Assembly: GCA_965206595.1 (NCBI GenBank)
Contig: OZ242214.1
Coordinates: 1,248,001 to 1,312,000, forward strand
Length of the DNA stretch: 64,000 bases
Reading direction: 5' to 3'
Source of the DNA: Candidatus Latescibacterota bacterium
GTDB lineage: Bacteria; Latescibacterota; UBA2968; UBA8231
The position numbers and the translations under genes were made by a program. Numbering within the stretch: the first letter of the stretch is position 1; every line of letters begins with the position of its first letter. Shown here piece after piece: positions 26,998-36,699 of the stretch. A model generated the notes under the pieces. It searched no databases. It had not been told where the DNA came from and saw nothing but the letters and a program-made list of their open reading frames with translations.

Positions 26998-28914
26998 TCA
27001 GAATTTGGTAACCGGATCTTCGAGCACCCCGAGGTCCGCCGGCCTATCCTCGAGTGCGGAGGTATCCGTAGCCGCGGCGATGGCCTCCTCGTCGGTCAGG
27101 CCGATCTCGATCCGGCGAAAGTAGCTCTCGTAGCGCTCGGGATCGACGATGATTTCCCTGGCCAGCTGAACCTGGGGATCGACGGCTACGTCGTAGGCAT
27201 AGGCGGCCTTCATTCCGAAGGCCTTTTCAAGGATGTCGAAGGTCAGCCTCCATTTGATCAGCCCGGCGTCGGCTTCCCAGTGCTTCTCCTCGATCTTGTC
27301 GATCTCCTTCTTCAGCCGGCGCAGGGGCTGGTCCAGGCTGTCCTGTTCTTCCTCTTCCTCGACCTTCTCCTCGAGGTTCAGCAGCCTGCTCTCGAGTTCG
27401 CTGACATAGGAGAACTCCTGTGCTTCGACGTACTCCCGGAACTCCTCGAGGACCGAAGTTCCGGCGACGAACTCGCGGGTCAGCCCCGGATTTTTTGCGG
27501 GGTACTCGCGGGTGAAGCGAAAGAACTTGCTGTCCAGGGTCCAATAACCCTCCAGCTGGGCGAAAAGCGGCGTGCGCGTGCGACCAGGCGAGGAAATGTC
27601 GGGAGTGATTCCTCCAGCCCCGTGCACGATGCGTCCCTGGCGCCTGGTTCTGAATTCCTTGTCAGAAAGCGCGACCAGTGTGGAGTCCTTGCGCATGCGT
27701 TTGTCGATCGAGCGCCCGCTGGGAATGAAATATGCCGCCACGGTCAGCTTGAGCTCCGCTTTTTCGCCGATGGGGAGGGTTTTCTGAACCGAGCCCTTGC
27801 CCACCGACGGCTGGCCCAGGACGAGGGCGCGGTCCCAGTCCTGCATGGCTCCCGAGACGATCTCGGATGCGCTGGCCGAGCCGCGGTCGACCATAAGCAG
27901 CAGGGGCCCTTCCCCGAAACTGGGATCGCTTCTTGTGAAGTACTTCGTCGTGTCCTCGAAAGCACGTCCGGCGGTGTAGACCACGAGGTGGTCCTTCGGC
28001 AGAAACAGATCCGCGACGCGCACCGCTTCGTGCAGGTAACCGCCGCTGTTGCTGCGCAGGTCGAGTATCAGCCGCTTCATCCCCCGGCCGATGAGGCCTG
28101 CCAGGGCGGAGTCGACCTCGCTGGCGGAGTGTTGCTGGAACTTGAGCAGCCGTATGTATCCGGTGGAGTCGGGGAACATTGTGGAATACGACACCCCGTC
28201 GATGTGGACTTTCTTGCGGATGACGGTGGTCTCCACAGGATCTTCGACCCCAGCCCGAAGCAGAGTCAGCGTTACCGGGGTGCCGGCCTTGCCGCGCATG
28301 AGGCTCGCCGCATCGCTCGCCGACATGTGTGTGGTGGAGCTGTCGTCGATGGCGATGATAATGTCTCCCGACTTCACACCGGCGAGTGCCGCCGGCGTCT
28401 TCTCGTGCAGCAGCGAGGCGATGGCGATGGCGCTGTCCGGGCGAATCACCTGAATGCGGAACCCGACCCCTCCGTATTCCCCCTTAACGTCGATGCGGAA
28501 GTTGTCGAGGTTCATCATTTCCATGAAGACCGTGTCCGGATCGAGCATCGACATCATTCCGGCGATGCCGAAGCGGACCAGGGTGTCGGCGCCGACGGTG
28601 TAGAACGCCTTGCGGTCGAGGTGGTGAACGATCCTCTCGAGACGGGTGAAGTTATCGGGCCAGCTGCCGCCCTCCCCGGACCAAGTGAAGTCGGACCCCG
28701 GATCGAGGGCGCGGAAGAGGCCGTCGACTCCTGCGCGCATCAGCGAGTCGGGTGGAACCTCGTCGATGTAGAACTTCTTGAGGTGCCTCACCACGGGGAG
28801 CAGATAGTCCCGAACCTGGTCCCCCACCTTGGTCTCCCTCCCCTCCGCGAAGGCGTACCCAGCCAGCAGCAGGTGAGTTGCGAACGCCGCAGCGACCCCG
28901 GTCCGGAATGCCAT
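26998..28914 (-). CDS. S41 family carboxy-terminal processing protease (CtpA-like)
   Basis: Signal peptide, PDZ (GGVG...PAALAGVKSGD), LDLRSNSGG, SASASE (Ser), GKGSVQ (Lys). Confidence 0.92.
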   Translation of the reverse strand: MAFRTGVAAAFATHLLLAGYAFAEGRETKVGDQVRDYLLPVVRHLKKFYIDEVPPDSLMRAGVDGLFRALDPGSDFTWSGEGGSWPDNFTRLERIVHHLDRKAFYTVGADTLVRFGIAGMMSMLDPDTVFMEMMNLDNFRIDVKGEYGGVGFRIQVIRPDSAIAIASLLHEKTPAALAGVKSGDIIIAIDDSSTTHMSASDAASLMRGKAGTPVTLTLLRAGVEDPVETTVIRKKVHIDGVSYSTMFPDSTGYIRLLKFQQHSASEVDSALAGLIGRGMKRLILDLRSNSGGYLHEAVRVADLFLPKDHLVVYTAGRAFEDTTKYFTRSDPSFGEGPLLLMVDRGSASASEIVSGAMQDWDRALVLGQPSVGKGSVQKTLPIGEKAELKLTVAAYFIPSGRSIDKRMRKDSTLVALSDKEFRTRRQGRIVHGAGGITPDISSPGRTRTPLFAQLEGYWTLDSKFFRFTREYPAKNPGLTREFVAGTSVLEEFREYVEAQEFSYVSELESRLLNLEEKVEEEEEQDSLDQPLRRLKKEIDKIEEKHWEADAGLIKWRLTFDILEKAFGMKAAYAYDVAVDPQVQLAREIIVDPERYESYFRRIEIGLTDEEAIAAATDTSALEDRPADLGVLEDPVTKF

Positions 28915-28924
28915 CCCGTATCCT

Positions 28925-29090
28925 TAGTGTCCTGTCCCGGAAGTAGATTGCCGGAATTCGGCCGCCGAGGCACCCGGCTCGAAAGGCTCCTGAGCGAGTC
29001 GTACCGAGGGTGTACGGGGAGCGAAGGCAACGCAGCGAGCGGGAATCGATCGGCTGCCGAATGGCATGGAATTGAAGGGATAGGACATTA
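28925..29090. mobile_element. MITE-like element (~166 bp)
   Basis: Terminal IRs TAGTGTCCTGTCCC / GGGATAGGACATTA (12/14 match), TA at both ends, non-coding interior. Confidence 0.65.
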
Positions 29091-29507
29091 GTTCAGATTT
29101 TACGGATACTTACAACACCTGCGACAAAGGTATACAGGGGGCCTGTGGGCCGCAATGCAGCCGCGGGAGGGAATTCGTCGCGTAGACCAGGGACTATTTC
29201 GGGACACGGCAATAGCCGCGGATTTCGTCCCGCAGGAGGGCCGAGAGTTGGTCGGCGATTGACTTTCAGGGATACCGTGGCTACCTTGGAAATTCCTGTC
29301 ACGAGCAGGTGACAGTGCGAAACAGCGCTGTTTTTCAACGGCGCCCAGATGATTTTTCCGATTTCGCGTTTGATTTGGTTCCTCAGTCGAGTATCGAATT
29401 GAACCCGGATGTCGTCTGGACGCACTGCCCGCCTCGTTCCCACACTCCATCCACTTTTTCGCAGCCCACCGATTCAGTAGAGCGTTTCCCAGAATCCTGA
29501 GCGAGGT

Positions 29508-30545
29508 ATGCCCCGCAAGAAATACACCTTCATCGTGATTCCTCCCAACGACGGGCATGTGAAGGAGTTCAGGATTGCGTCGCCTCTTCTCGGAGCTGCG
29601 GGTCTGATGCTGATCTGCGGCGCCCTCGGCTATTACGCGTCGGGATATCACCTGCGCGCCGACCAGTCCTCGATGGTTGCCGACCTGCGCTACGAGAACC
29701 TGCAGCTTGCCACCGCGCTGCAGCAGACGCGCAGGGAGGTCACCGGACTCGAAGAGGTGATGACCGAGCTGGCACAGAGCGACTACCGGCTCCGCGCCTT
29801 GCACAACATGGAGCTCGACACCGAGGACGCGAGACTGGGTGGCATTGGCGGCTTTAGCGAGTTCGGAGTGGAGGAGCTGCCCGAGGAGTTCGCCTTTCTG
29901 CCGGCCCGAAAACGATCCCTTGTCGAGGATATCAAGGGACGCATCTTCCGGCTGCGGATGGAGGCGAGCTTTCAGGAAGTCAGCTACGACCAGATCGCCA
30001 GGAACTACAGGCTGAGCGAGGAGGGGCGTCGCGCCTTGCCGACGATCTCCCCGGTGCCGCAAGAGCTGGCGTGGAAGTCGTCCAAGTTCGGTCCCCGGAT
30101 CGATCCGTTCACGGGGCGCAAGGCTCGCCACTTCGGTCTGGACCTGGCAGGGCGCAGGGGTACGAACGTCATCGCCACCGCGGACGGGGAAGTCATCCAC
30201 TCCTACCACGACAACCGTCTCGGAAAGGTGATCGTCATCAAGCACGACCTGAGAATGACCACCAACTCCGGTGAAGTCTACGCCCTTCAGGGAACTTTTC
30301 GCACCGAGTACGGCCACCTCGACAAGATGCTCGTCAAGAAGGGGGACTGGGTTGAGAGAGGTCAGAGGATCGGTACCATGGGCAACACGGGACGCTCGAC
30401 GGGACCGCACCTGCATTACGCCGTGCGCTACCAGAACAGTAAGACCGGGGGCTGGAACGGCTATCTCGATCCGGAGAATTTCCTTCTCGACTGGCCCGAG
30501 GACAACCGCGTGGCCGGCTGGCTCTCGGCCGCGGCAGGCGGATAA
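29508..30545 (+). CDS. M23 family metallopeptidase with N-terminal TM and coiled coil
   Basis: HFGLD (HxxxD), YGHL, GNTGRSTGPHLHY. Confidence 0.93.
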   Translation: MPRKKYTFIVIPPNDGHVKEFRIASPLLGAAGLMLICGALGYYASGYHLRADQSSMVADLRYENLQLATALQQTRREVTGLEEVMTELAQSDYRLRALHNMELDTEDARLGGIGGFSEFGVEELPEEFAFLPARKRSLVEDIKGRIFRLRMEASFQEVSYDQIARNYRLSEEGRRALPTISPVPQELAWKSSKFGPRIDPFTGRKARHFGLDLAGRRGTNVIATADGEVIHSYHDNRLGKVIVIKHDLRMTTNSGEVYALQGTFRTEYGHLDKMLVKKGDWVERGQRIGTMGNTGRSTGPHLHYAVRYQNSKTGGWNGYLDPENFLLDWPEDNRVAGWLSAAAGG

Positions 30546-30564
30546 GCACGGACAGACGGTGGAG

Positions 30565-30598
30565 AACCCGGCTTGCGCCCGAGCAGACCGGGTTTTTT
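30565..30598 (+). terminator. Rho-independent terminator
   Basis: AACCCGG...CCGGGTT stem followed by a T run, 20 bp after the M23 stop. Confidence 0.7.
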
Positions 30599-30637
30599 AT
30601 GTACCTGTGAAAACCGTTCGGGCAGTCTGAGTCGGTC

Positions 30638-31246
30638 ATGCCGGAAAATATCTCAGCAAAAGTCGCCGCCGTCGCCGACGATACCACTCTGGTTCTCAAC
30701 GTCGGTTCTGGACAGGGAGTCAGCGAGGGCATGGTGTTCGCCATCGTCGCCGAGCAGCAGGAGATCACCGATCCGGACTCGGGGGAGAGCCTCGGTAACT
30801 GGGAGGTCGTGAAGGCGCGGGTGGTGGTCGAGCACGTGCAGGAGCGCATGTGCACAGTGCGTTCTCCGCTGAGACAGGAGATCGACACCACCGGCACGCT
30901 CAGCACCATGATGGTGCGCCATTCCTTTGGAGCTTACGGCTCTGCGGCGGGGGACCGCGCCAGCATGCAGGTGCGCGCCACCGGTCTCGCGGGACGCCCG
31001 AAGGTTCGTCCGATCGAAATCGGTGACCGCGCCCGCCTGGTTAGGGAGGAGCAGGGACCACAGCCGCCAGAGTCCCCTGCCACCGAGCAGCCGGTGGCCC
31101 CGGATCTGCCCTCCAAGACCTATGCGACGGCGGCGACCGCCGAGAGCGCCGATCAAGCCCCGGCCGAACCGGTGCAAGGCGAGTCCCGGGCGCCGGAAGA
31201 AGCCTCCCCGGACTCGGAGAAGTCCGAATCACAACCTGGAGCCTGA
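30638..31246 (+). CDS. Hypothetical protein (small beta domain + low-complexity tail)
   Basis: LVLNVGSGQGVSEGMVF...ITDPDSGESLG pattern; Pro/Ala/Glu-rich C-terminus. Confidence 0.7.
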   Translation: MPENISAKVAAVADDTTLVLNVGSGQGVSEGMVFAIVAEQQEITDPDSGESLGNWEVVKARVVVEHVQERMCTVRSPLRQEIDTTGTLSTMMVRHSFGAYGSAAGDRASMQVRATGLAGRPKVRPIEIGDRARLVREEQGPQPPESPATEQPVAPDLPSKTYATAATAESADQAPAEPVQGESRAPEEASPDSEKSESQPGA

Positions 31247-31752
31247 GGCTCGGCTTCGCGAGCCCCGTCCTCCCCTGCTGCTTCGCCCTCGCCTCACTCG
31301 GCGCCTGCGCCCACTACTCGACCAGCTCGGGGCTCGTCGGCGGCATCCGCAGCGTCGGCATCCCGGTAGCTGAAAACAACACCGCCGAGGAGCGGATCGC
31401 CGAGACTCTCAGCGAGCGCATCAGCGACGCCTTCACAGTCGACGGCCGCCTGCGTGTTGTCGACGAGGAGAGCGCAGATGCCCTGCTGGTGCTTAGGCTG
31501 GCGGCACTGGAGGACAGCCCGTTCACTTTCACCGCCGAGGAAGTGACCGAACAGTACCGGTTTCGCGTCTGGATCGAAGCCGAGCTGGTGCGCACCAGCG
31601 ACCAGAGTTCGCTGCTCGACCTCGATAGCCTGGAGGGGTGGGGGACCTACGACGCGGCGCTTCCCGACGAGGAGGGGCGGGATTTCGCAGTCGAAGCCGG
31701 GCTCGACATGGTGATCGAAGAGATCGTCGACCGCACTACGGCGAGCTGGTAA
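31243..31752 (+). CDS. LptE-family LPS assembly lipoprotein
   Basis: The frame is open upstream of the listed 31489 ORF to a CTG overlapping the previous stop (start inferred). Lipobox LGAC, then YS...IRSVGIPV.ENNT, ADALL; ends TTASW. Confidence 0.7.
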   Translation: MRLGFASPVLPCCFALASLGACAHYSTSSGLVGGIRSVGIPVAENNTAEERIAETLSERISDAFTVDGRLRVVDEESADALLVLRLAALEDSPFTFTAEEVTEQYRFRVWIEAELVRTSDQSSLLDLDSLEGWGTYDAALPDEEGRDFAVEAGLDMVIEEIVDRTTASW

Positions 31753-33451
31753 CCTCTGGATCCCTGCCGGCCAGACGCACCAGAACCCCGACAACCAATC
31801 CGCCCAGCAGCAGACCGATCCACGGAGAATACAGGTACGCGCTCCCTGCGTACCCCAGGGCCGCGGCGGCGACCATCGCAGTCAGGGCATAGGGGATCTG
31901 CGTGCGCACGTGATCCATGTGGTCGCAGGCCGCCGCTATGCTCGAAAGCAGGGTGGTGTCGCTGATGGGAGAGCAGTGGTCGCCGAAAATTGCGCCGTCG
32001 AGCACGGCGGCGGCGGCGAGCACGGCGACCGGCATGCCCCCGAGCTCGTAGGCGAGCGGCAGCATCGAGGGCAGCAGGATGGCCATCGTCGTCCACGAGG
32101 TCCCGATCGCAAAAGCCACCAGTGCGGCCAGCAGGAAGGTCGCGACCGGAACGAGCCCGGGAGCCAGAGAACTCCCCAGCGCCGAGACCAGGTAGGCGCC
32201 TGTACCGACCGCCTGGCAGGCCTCCTTTATCGCCCAGGCCAGCAAGAGGACGACGAGGGCGTGGCGGAAGCTGGCGATACCTCCGATCCAGGCCACGGCG
32301 ACGCGGGCAGCGCCCAGGGGGCGGGCGCCAGCCGGCGAGCGGCGAGTGAGGGCGATTGCACAGGCCGCGGCGGTCCCCGCCATCGAGGCGAGGAACATCA
32401 CCCGGGCACCGGCGGCATTGCTGAAGACGGCGATCCAGTAGCCGCCGTCGGCGAGAAAGAACCCCCCTCGGGCTGCCTGGACGGCAGGGGAATCCCACGC
32501 ATCCCACTGCATGCCTCCGAGAACCCCGAAAATCACCAGACCGACGGGAACGGCCGCGATCCCCCAGTGAGGCTGCACCCCTGCGGGTGGCTTCAGGGAG
32601 TCGCTCTTCTCGCCGGTCATCGGCCGTGCGCCCTGCCGCAGGACGGCACCCGAGGCCGCGGCGCGGCGCTCGGCCGCAAGCATGGGGCCGTAGTCGCGGC
32701 GCATCAGCACGGTACAGGCGACCAGGACCAGGGACAGGAAGCAGTAGAACCGCGACGGCAGGGCGAGGAAGAACAGCTCGTACCCCGACACCCCGGTGTC
32801 CAGCTCCTTCATCACCTCTTCTAACAGCCCGACCTCGTACCCGATCCAGGTGCTGATCAGCGCCAGGCCGGCCACCGGGGCGGCGGTGGAATCGACGATG
32901 TAGGCGAGCTTCTCGCGCGACACTCGGAAGCCGTCGCAGATCGGGCGCATGGTAGTGCCCACCACGAGGGTGTTGGCGTAGTCGTCGAAGAAGATCGCCA
33001 TACCCATCAGGAAAGCGGCCAGCCGCGCCGAGCGGGCCCCTTGCGCCCGCCGGGCAAGCAGTTCGGCGATTCCCTGGGTCCCCCCCGCCAGAACGACTAC
33101 CCGGACCATGCCGACCAGAGTGGCCGTGAAGGCGAGTATGTAGAGCTGGAACGATTCCCTCAGCGGTGCCCATACGAAGTCGACGGCGGCGCGCTGGAGA
33201 ACGGCGAAGGGAAAGTCCCACCCCCCGGCTTCCGGCATGCTGATGGCGGCCGCGGCGACGATGGCGGTCGCCAGGCCCAGGGCAAGCCTGCCGGTGGCGA
33301 CCGCGGTGAGGATGGCGATCAGCGGTGGAAACAGACTCCAGCCGTTCTGTTCCCCGGCTTCCGGCAGCGCCGCTGATACCGCGATTCCGGCGAGCAGGGC
33401 GGCGGCATAACGAACCAGTCCCATGGTGTTCCTGGGGGTGATTCCATTCAC
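31736..33451 (-). CDS. Na+/H+ antiporter NhaC family protein
   Basis: IFFDDYAN, SREKLAYIVDSTAAP, GTSWTT, GAIFGDHCSPISDTT, HVRTQ.PYA. Confidence 0.92.
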   Translation of the reverse strand: MNGITPRNTMGLVRYAAALLAGIAVSAALPEAGEQNGWSLFPPLIAILTAVATGRLALGLATAIVAAAAISMPEAGGWDFPFAVLQRAAVDFVWAPLRESFQLYILAFTATLVGMVRVVVLAGGTQGIAELLARRAQGARSARLAAFLMGMAIFFDDYANTLVVGTTMRPICDGFRVSREKLAYIVDSTAAPVAGLALISTWIGYEVGLLEEVMKELDTGVSGYELFFLALPSRFYCFLSLVLVACTVLMRRDYGPMLAAERRAAASGAVLRQGARPMTGEKSDSLKPPAGVQPHWGIAAVPVGLVIFGVLGGMQWDAWDSPAVQAARGGFFLADGGYWIAVFSNAAGARVMFLASMAGTAAACAIALTRRSPAGARPLGAARVAVAWIGGIASFRHALVVLLLAWAIKEACQAVGTGAYLVSALGSSLAPGLVPVATFLLAALVAFAIGTSWTTMAILLPSMLPLAYELGGMPVAVLAAAAVLDGAIFGDHCSPISDTTLLSSIAAACDHMDHVRTQIPYALTAMVAAAALGYAGSAYLYSPWIGLLLGGLVVGVLVRLAGRDPEVTSSP

Positions 33452-33615
33452 AGGTTAGCGCGGCGTCGATCCCGGAGGAATGGCTCCGGGATTCTCCAGT
33501 TTCCAACCAGCGGGCCGTGGGTATCGACCGTACGTCAATGGGCGCAGACAACCCATTGGGCTCGGTCCGTTTTTTAGCAATGCACCCGAGACAGGCCGAT
33601 TCGGTGACTGGTGGG

Positions 33616-35511
33616 TTATCGGTCGGAGGGCAGGGATTCTATCTCCCCCTCGGGCACCGTGGACATCTCGAGTTTGAAGGCGAGGAGATAGATCATCACG
33701 CAGCCACAAATCCACCATGCGATCTGCCATACCCAGAGGGTGGGGATGCCGAAAGACCACTCGGCGGGGTCGGTCTGGTTGCCGAGTACGGCGAACGGCC
33801 CGATGGCGAACAGGAACCAGACGACCACCAGACCCCAGACTGGAAGCCTCCACTTCCGCTTTTCGGGCGGCAGCGCCGTGTGCTGCGCGATGAAGCGGTG
33901 ATAGCGGTCGCGGTGCTCTGCTTCGGCCGCGGTTTTCGGTTGCGTGAAGGCACTGACCGCGACCGTCAACAGCAGGTTCACGAGGATCCCCCAACCGGCG
34001 CTGTGGATCGTCAGCGGGTAGCGCCCGATGCCGATCAGGCCTCCGAGCTCGGTCACGTAGGTGAAGGTGACGGCGAGCAGACCCCCGATCAGGCCGCAGA
34101 CCACGCCGGCGGAGGTGAAGAAGCGGATGTAGCAGATGCCGAGAAGCGCCGGCCACATCTGGAGACCGTAAGAGACCGCGGCTCCCCCCAGAAGCACGAG
34201 CAGGTCGCCGCTGGCGAGCCCGACAATCAGGGCGAGGGTGATGACGACGGCGACGGTTATTCGGCCGACCAGGACCTGGGTCCGGTGCGAGGCTTCCCGG
34301 TTGAGGAAGTGGCGGTAGAGATCCCGGGTGACGATGCCGCTCGCCGTCGACATGTAAGCCGCCCCCGTCGACTGCATGGCGGCGAGGGCGCAGACGGCGA
34401 GCAGCCCGACGAGCCAGGGAAAGCCGTCGGACAGGGTCGATATGAGGTAGGGGACGAGGTAGTCGGAGATCGGTTTGCCGGCGTCGTTCACCGGGATCCC
34501 GAGCCTTTCGACTCCCGGCAGTAAGCCGCGGTCGAGGATGGCGCCGCCGAGTCCCTGGAAGGCGGTGAAGAAGAAGAGGATGGCGCCGATCACGACGGAG
34601 GAGGCGAAAACCTGCTGCCAGGGAAAGGGCCGGGGATCGCGGTTGGAAAAGGCCCACATGGAAAAAGCAGGGGCCGACTGTATGCCCATCAGGGCGAACA
34701 TGTAGGTCATGATCATCAGCCCGGTCCAGGGACCGCCCGAGAGATCCCAGAACATGGTGCCGGCCCGTTCGAGAAACGAATCCGACTCCGGCCGGGTTGG
34801 AATGGCGACCATGTCGCGGCTTTGCGCGGCGAGGCCTGCGAGGCCGCGTTCGAAGTTTGCCCAGCCGCCCACGAGGTCGAGGGCGACGAAGCCGAGGATG
34901 ACGATGCCGAGGGCGAGAAAGATGCACTAGGCGCAGTCGACGTAGGCGACCGAGCGCAGGCCTCCGGAGGCGACGTAGAGGAAGACGACGATCGACAGCA
35001 GGATCGCCCCCCCCTCGATATTGCCGATTACGGTGGCTTCGAGGGCGGTGCCCTCGACGAGGCGTTTGAACAGGATTCCGGAGGCACGCAGCTGGATTCC
35101 CAGGTACGGCACCGAGAAGACCATGGCGACGACGACGGTGAGCACCCGCATCCAGTCGCTGCGGTAGTAGTCGCTGAACATCTCCCCCGGGGTGATATAC
35201 CCGTAGCGTTTGCCGAGAAGCCACTGCCGCTTGAGGAAGATCACGCCGGTGAGCGGGATCGTTATCGCGTAGAAGGAGGCGAAGGCGTAGGGAAGGCCGA
35301 CGCCGTAGATCGTGCCGGGATGGCCGACGAAGGTCCAGCCGCTGAAGGAGGTGGCCGTGGCGGCGAGGACGAAAACCCATAACCCGATGCTGCGGCCGGC
35401 TATGAAGTAGTCGCTGGCGGTGCGCGCCTGGCGGGCACCCTTCAACCCCCAGAAAATGCAGTATGCCCAGTACCCCAGAATGAAAAGCAACAGCCAACCG
35501 AGCTTTTCCAC
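33616..35511 (-). pseudogene. Sodium:solute symporter interrupted by an in-frame TAG (34927-34929)
   Basis: ORFs 34927-35511 and 33616-34872 are in the same frame. DYFIAGRS, ATSFSGWTF.G.PG, GGLRSVAYVDCA*CIFL, AAMQST. Confidence 0.85.
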
Positions 35512-35559
35512 GGGTTCAGCAGCGCACTGGCCGGGTTGCAGCTCCGGCGTCGGGGTCGA

Positions 35560-35586
35560 TTACGGTCGTTACGGTCGTTACGGTCG
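35560..35586. repeat. Tandem repeat (TTACGGTCG)x3
   Basis: Three exact 9-bp units ~50 bp upstream of the symporter start. Confidence 0.85.
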
Positions 35587-35772
35587 TGAGGAGGGTGGCG
35601 GTGGGCATGCTGACGATCTCCTCTTTCACCGCGGCGACGTCGTTTCTGCAGCCTGTACCGGATAGGAGAGCAGCTGCCTTGTCCCGGCACGGACCCGAGT
35701 TTTCCGGGATGGTTGCTGCTTCCCTGGAGCACGGACCCCTTCGAGGAGGGATCCTCGGAGGTGGGCAGGGCA

Positions 35773-36699
35773 CTAGTTCGGGCGGCGCAGGTGCCAGAAC
35801 AGGTTGGTCACCCGCCAGCTGCCTCCCCGTTTGCTCAGGGTCCACAGAACGTGGCGGTCGGCCGAGTGGGTCGCATCCCCCAGGGTGTGGCCTACGGTGA
35901 CCTTCTCGCGGGCGACGGCGAGGGCCTCGGTGCCGGAAGCGCCCATGCTGGTGTGGACGATCTCGCGCTCGATGTCGTAGGTCGTCAGCTCGAGCCGGTT
36001 GTCGAGCCACTCCTTCCAGACTTTCTCGCCGCTGAACACGACGATCCACGAAGCCGGGGTGATCAGGCCATAGGCGTCGACGACGGTGATCTTGTCGTCG
36101 TAAACTCCAGAAAGGGATCCGGAGCTGCCGTCACGCCAACCCTGGGCCTCTTCCTTGAGGAACTCCTCCAGTTCCGCGTCCACCCCAGCGTCGCCGGCAA
36201 AGCGGCCGGCGGTGCTGTCGCCGATATCGTGGATGAAACCGGTGGCGAACCATTCCTCGTCCCGCTTCTCGAAAAACCACAGGTCGTTGACCCAGTACTG
36301 GCTGGCGGTACCGGAAGCGCGTTCGCTGACGGAGCCCGAGTCGACGACGGCGACGAAGGCCCTGCCCCCGAGGACGTTGACCAGCAGGTAGGTGCGCTGG
36401 ATGTCGTACTTGCTGGCCCGCAGATCTTCCTCCAGCGCCCGGGCGTAATCTGAGGCGGACTCGTGCACGACCCTCCAGCCGACAGGGTCGATCCGTCCGC
36501 CTCCGTCGTAGACGACGAACCGCTTTTCGTCGTACGCAGAGGCCATCAGCTCGACGTTTCCCCGGCGGCGGCCGGAGAGCTCCTTGCCCAGGGCCTGGTG
36601 TATCAGCAACGTCGCCGCGGCATCGGCAAAGGCGGTCGCGGGAACGCAGAAGGCGATCAGAAAGAACAGGCGGCAGTTCGCGAGGGTGGCGGAGATCAT
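35773..36699 (-). CDS. Secreted hypothetical protein with two NTF2/SnoaL-like repeats
   Basis: Signal peptide (AFA). Internal duplication YDEKRFVVYD..G.IDP..W / YDDKITVVDA.G.ITP..W and YDIQR/YDIER. ATGA overlap with the upstream gene. Confidence 0.7.
   Translation of the reverse strand: MISATLANCRLFFLIAFCVPATAFADAAATLLIHQALGKELSGRRRGNVELMASAYDEKRFVVYDGGGRIDPVGWRVVHESASDYARALEEDLRASKYDIQRTYLLVNVLGGRAFVAVVDSGSVSERASGTASQYWVNDLWFFEKRDEEWFATGFIHDIGDSTAGRFAGDAGVDAELEEFLKEEAQGWRDGSSGSLSGVYDDKITVVDAYGLITPASWIVVFSGEKVWKEWLDNRLELTTYDIEREIVHTSMGASGTEALAVAREKVTVGHTLGDATHSADRHVLWTLSKRGGSWRVTNLFWHLRRPN

Noticed and set aside
26824-29091. 755-aa plus-strand ORF and similar ones (45610-48021, 20559-22172, 12305-13903)
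   Set aside because: Antisense shadows of ctpA, dsbD/metE-like, the methyltransferase and mnmG.
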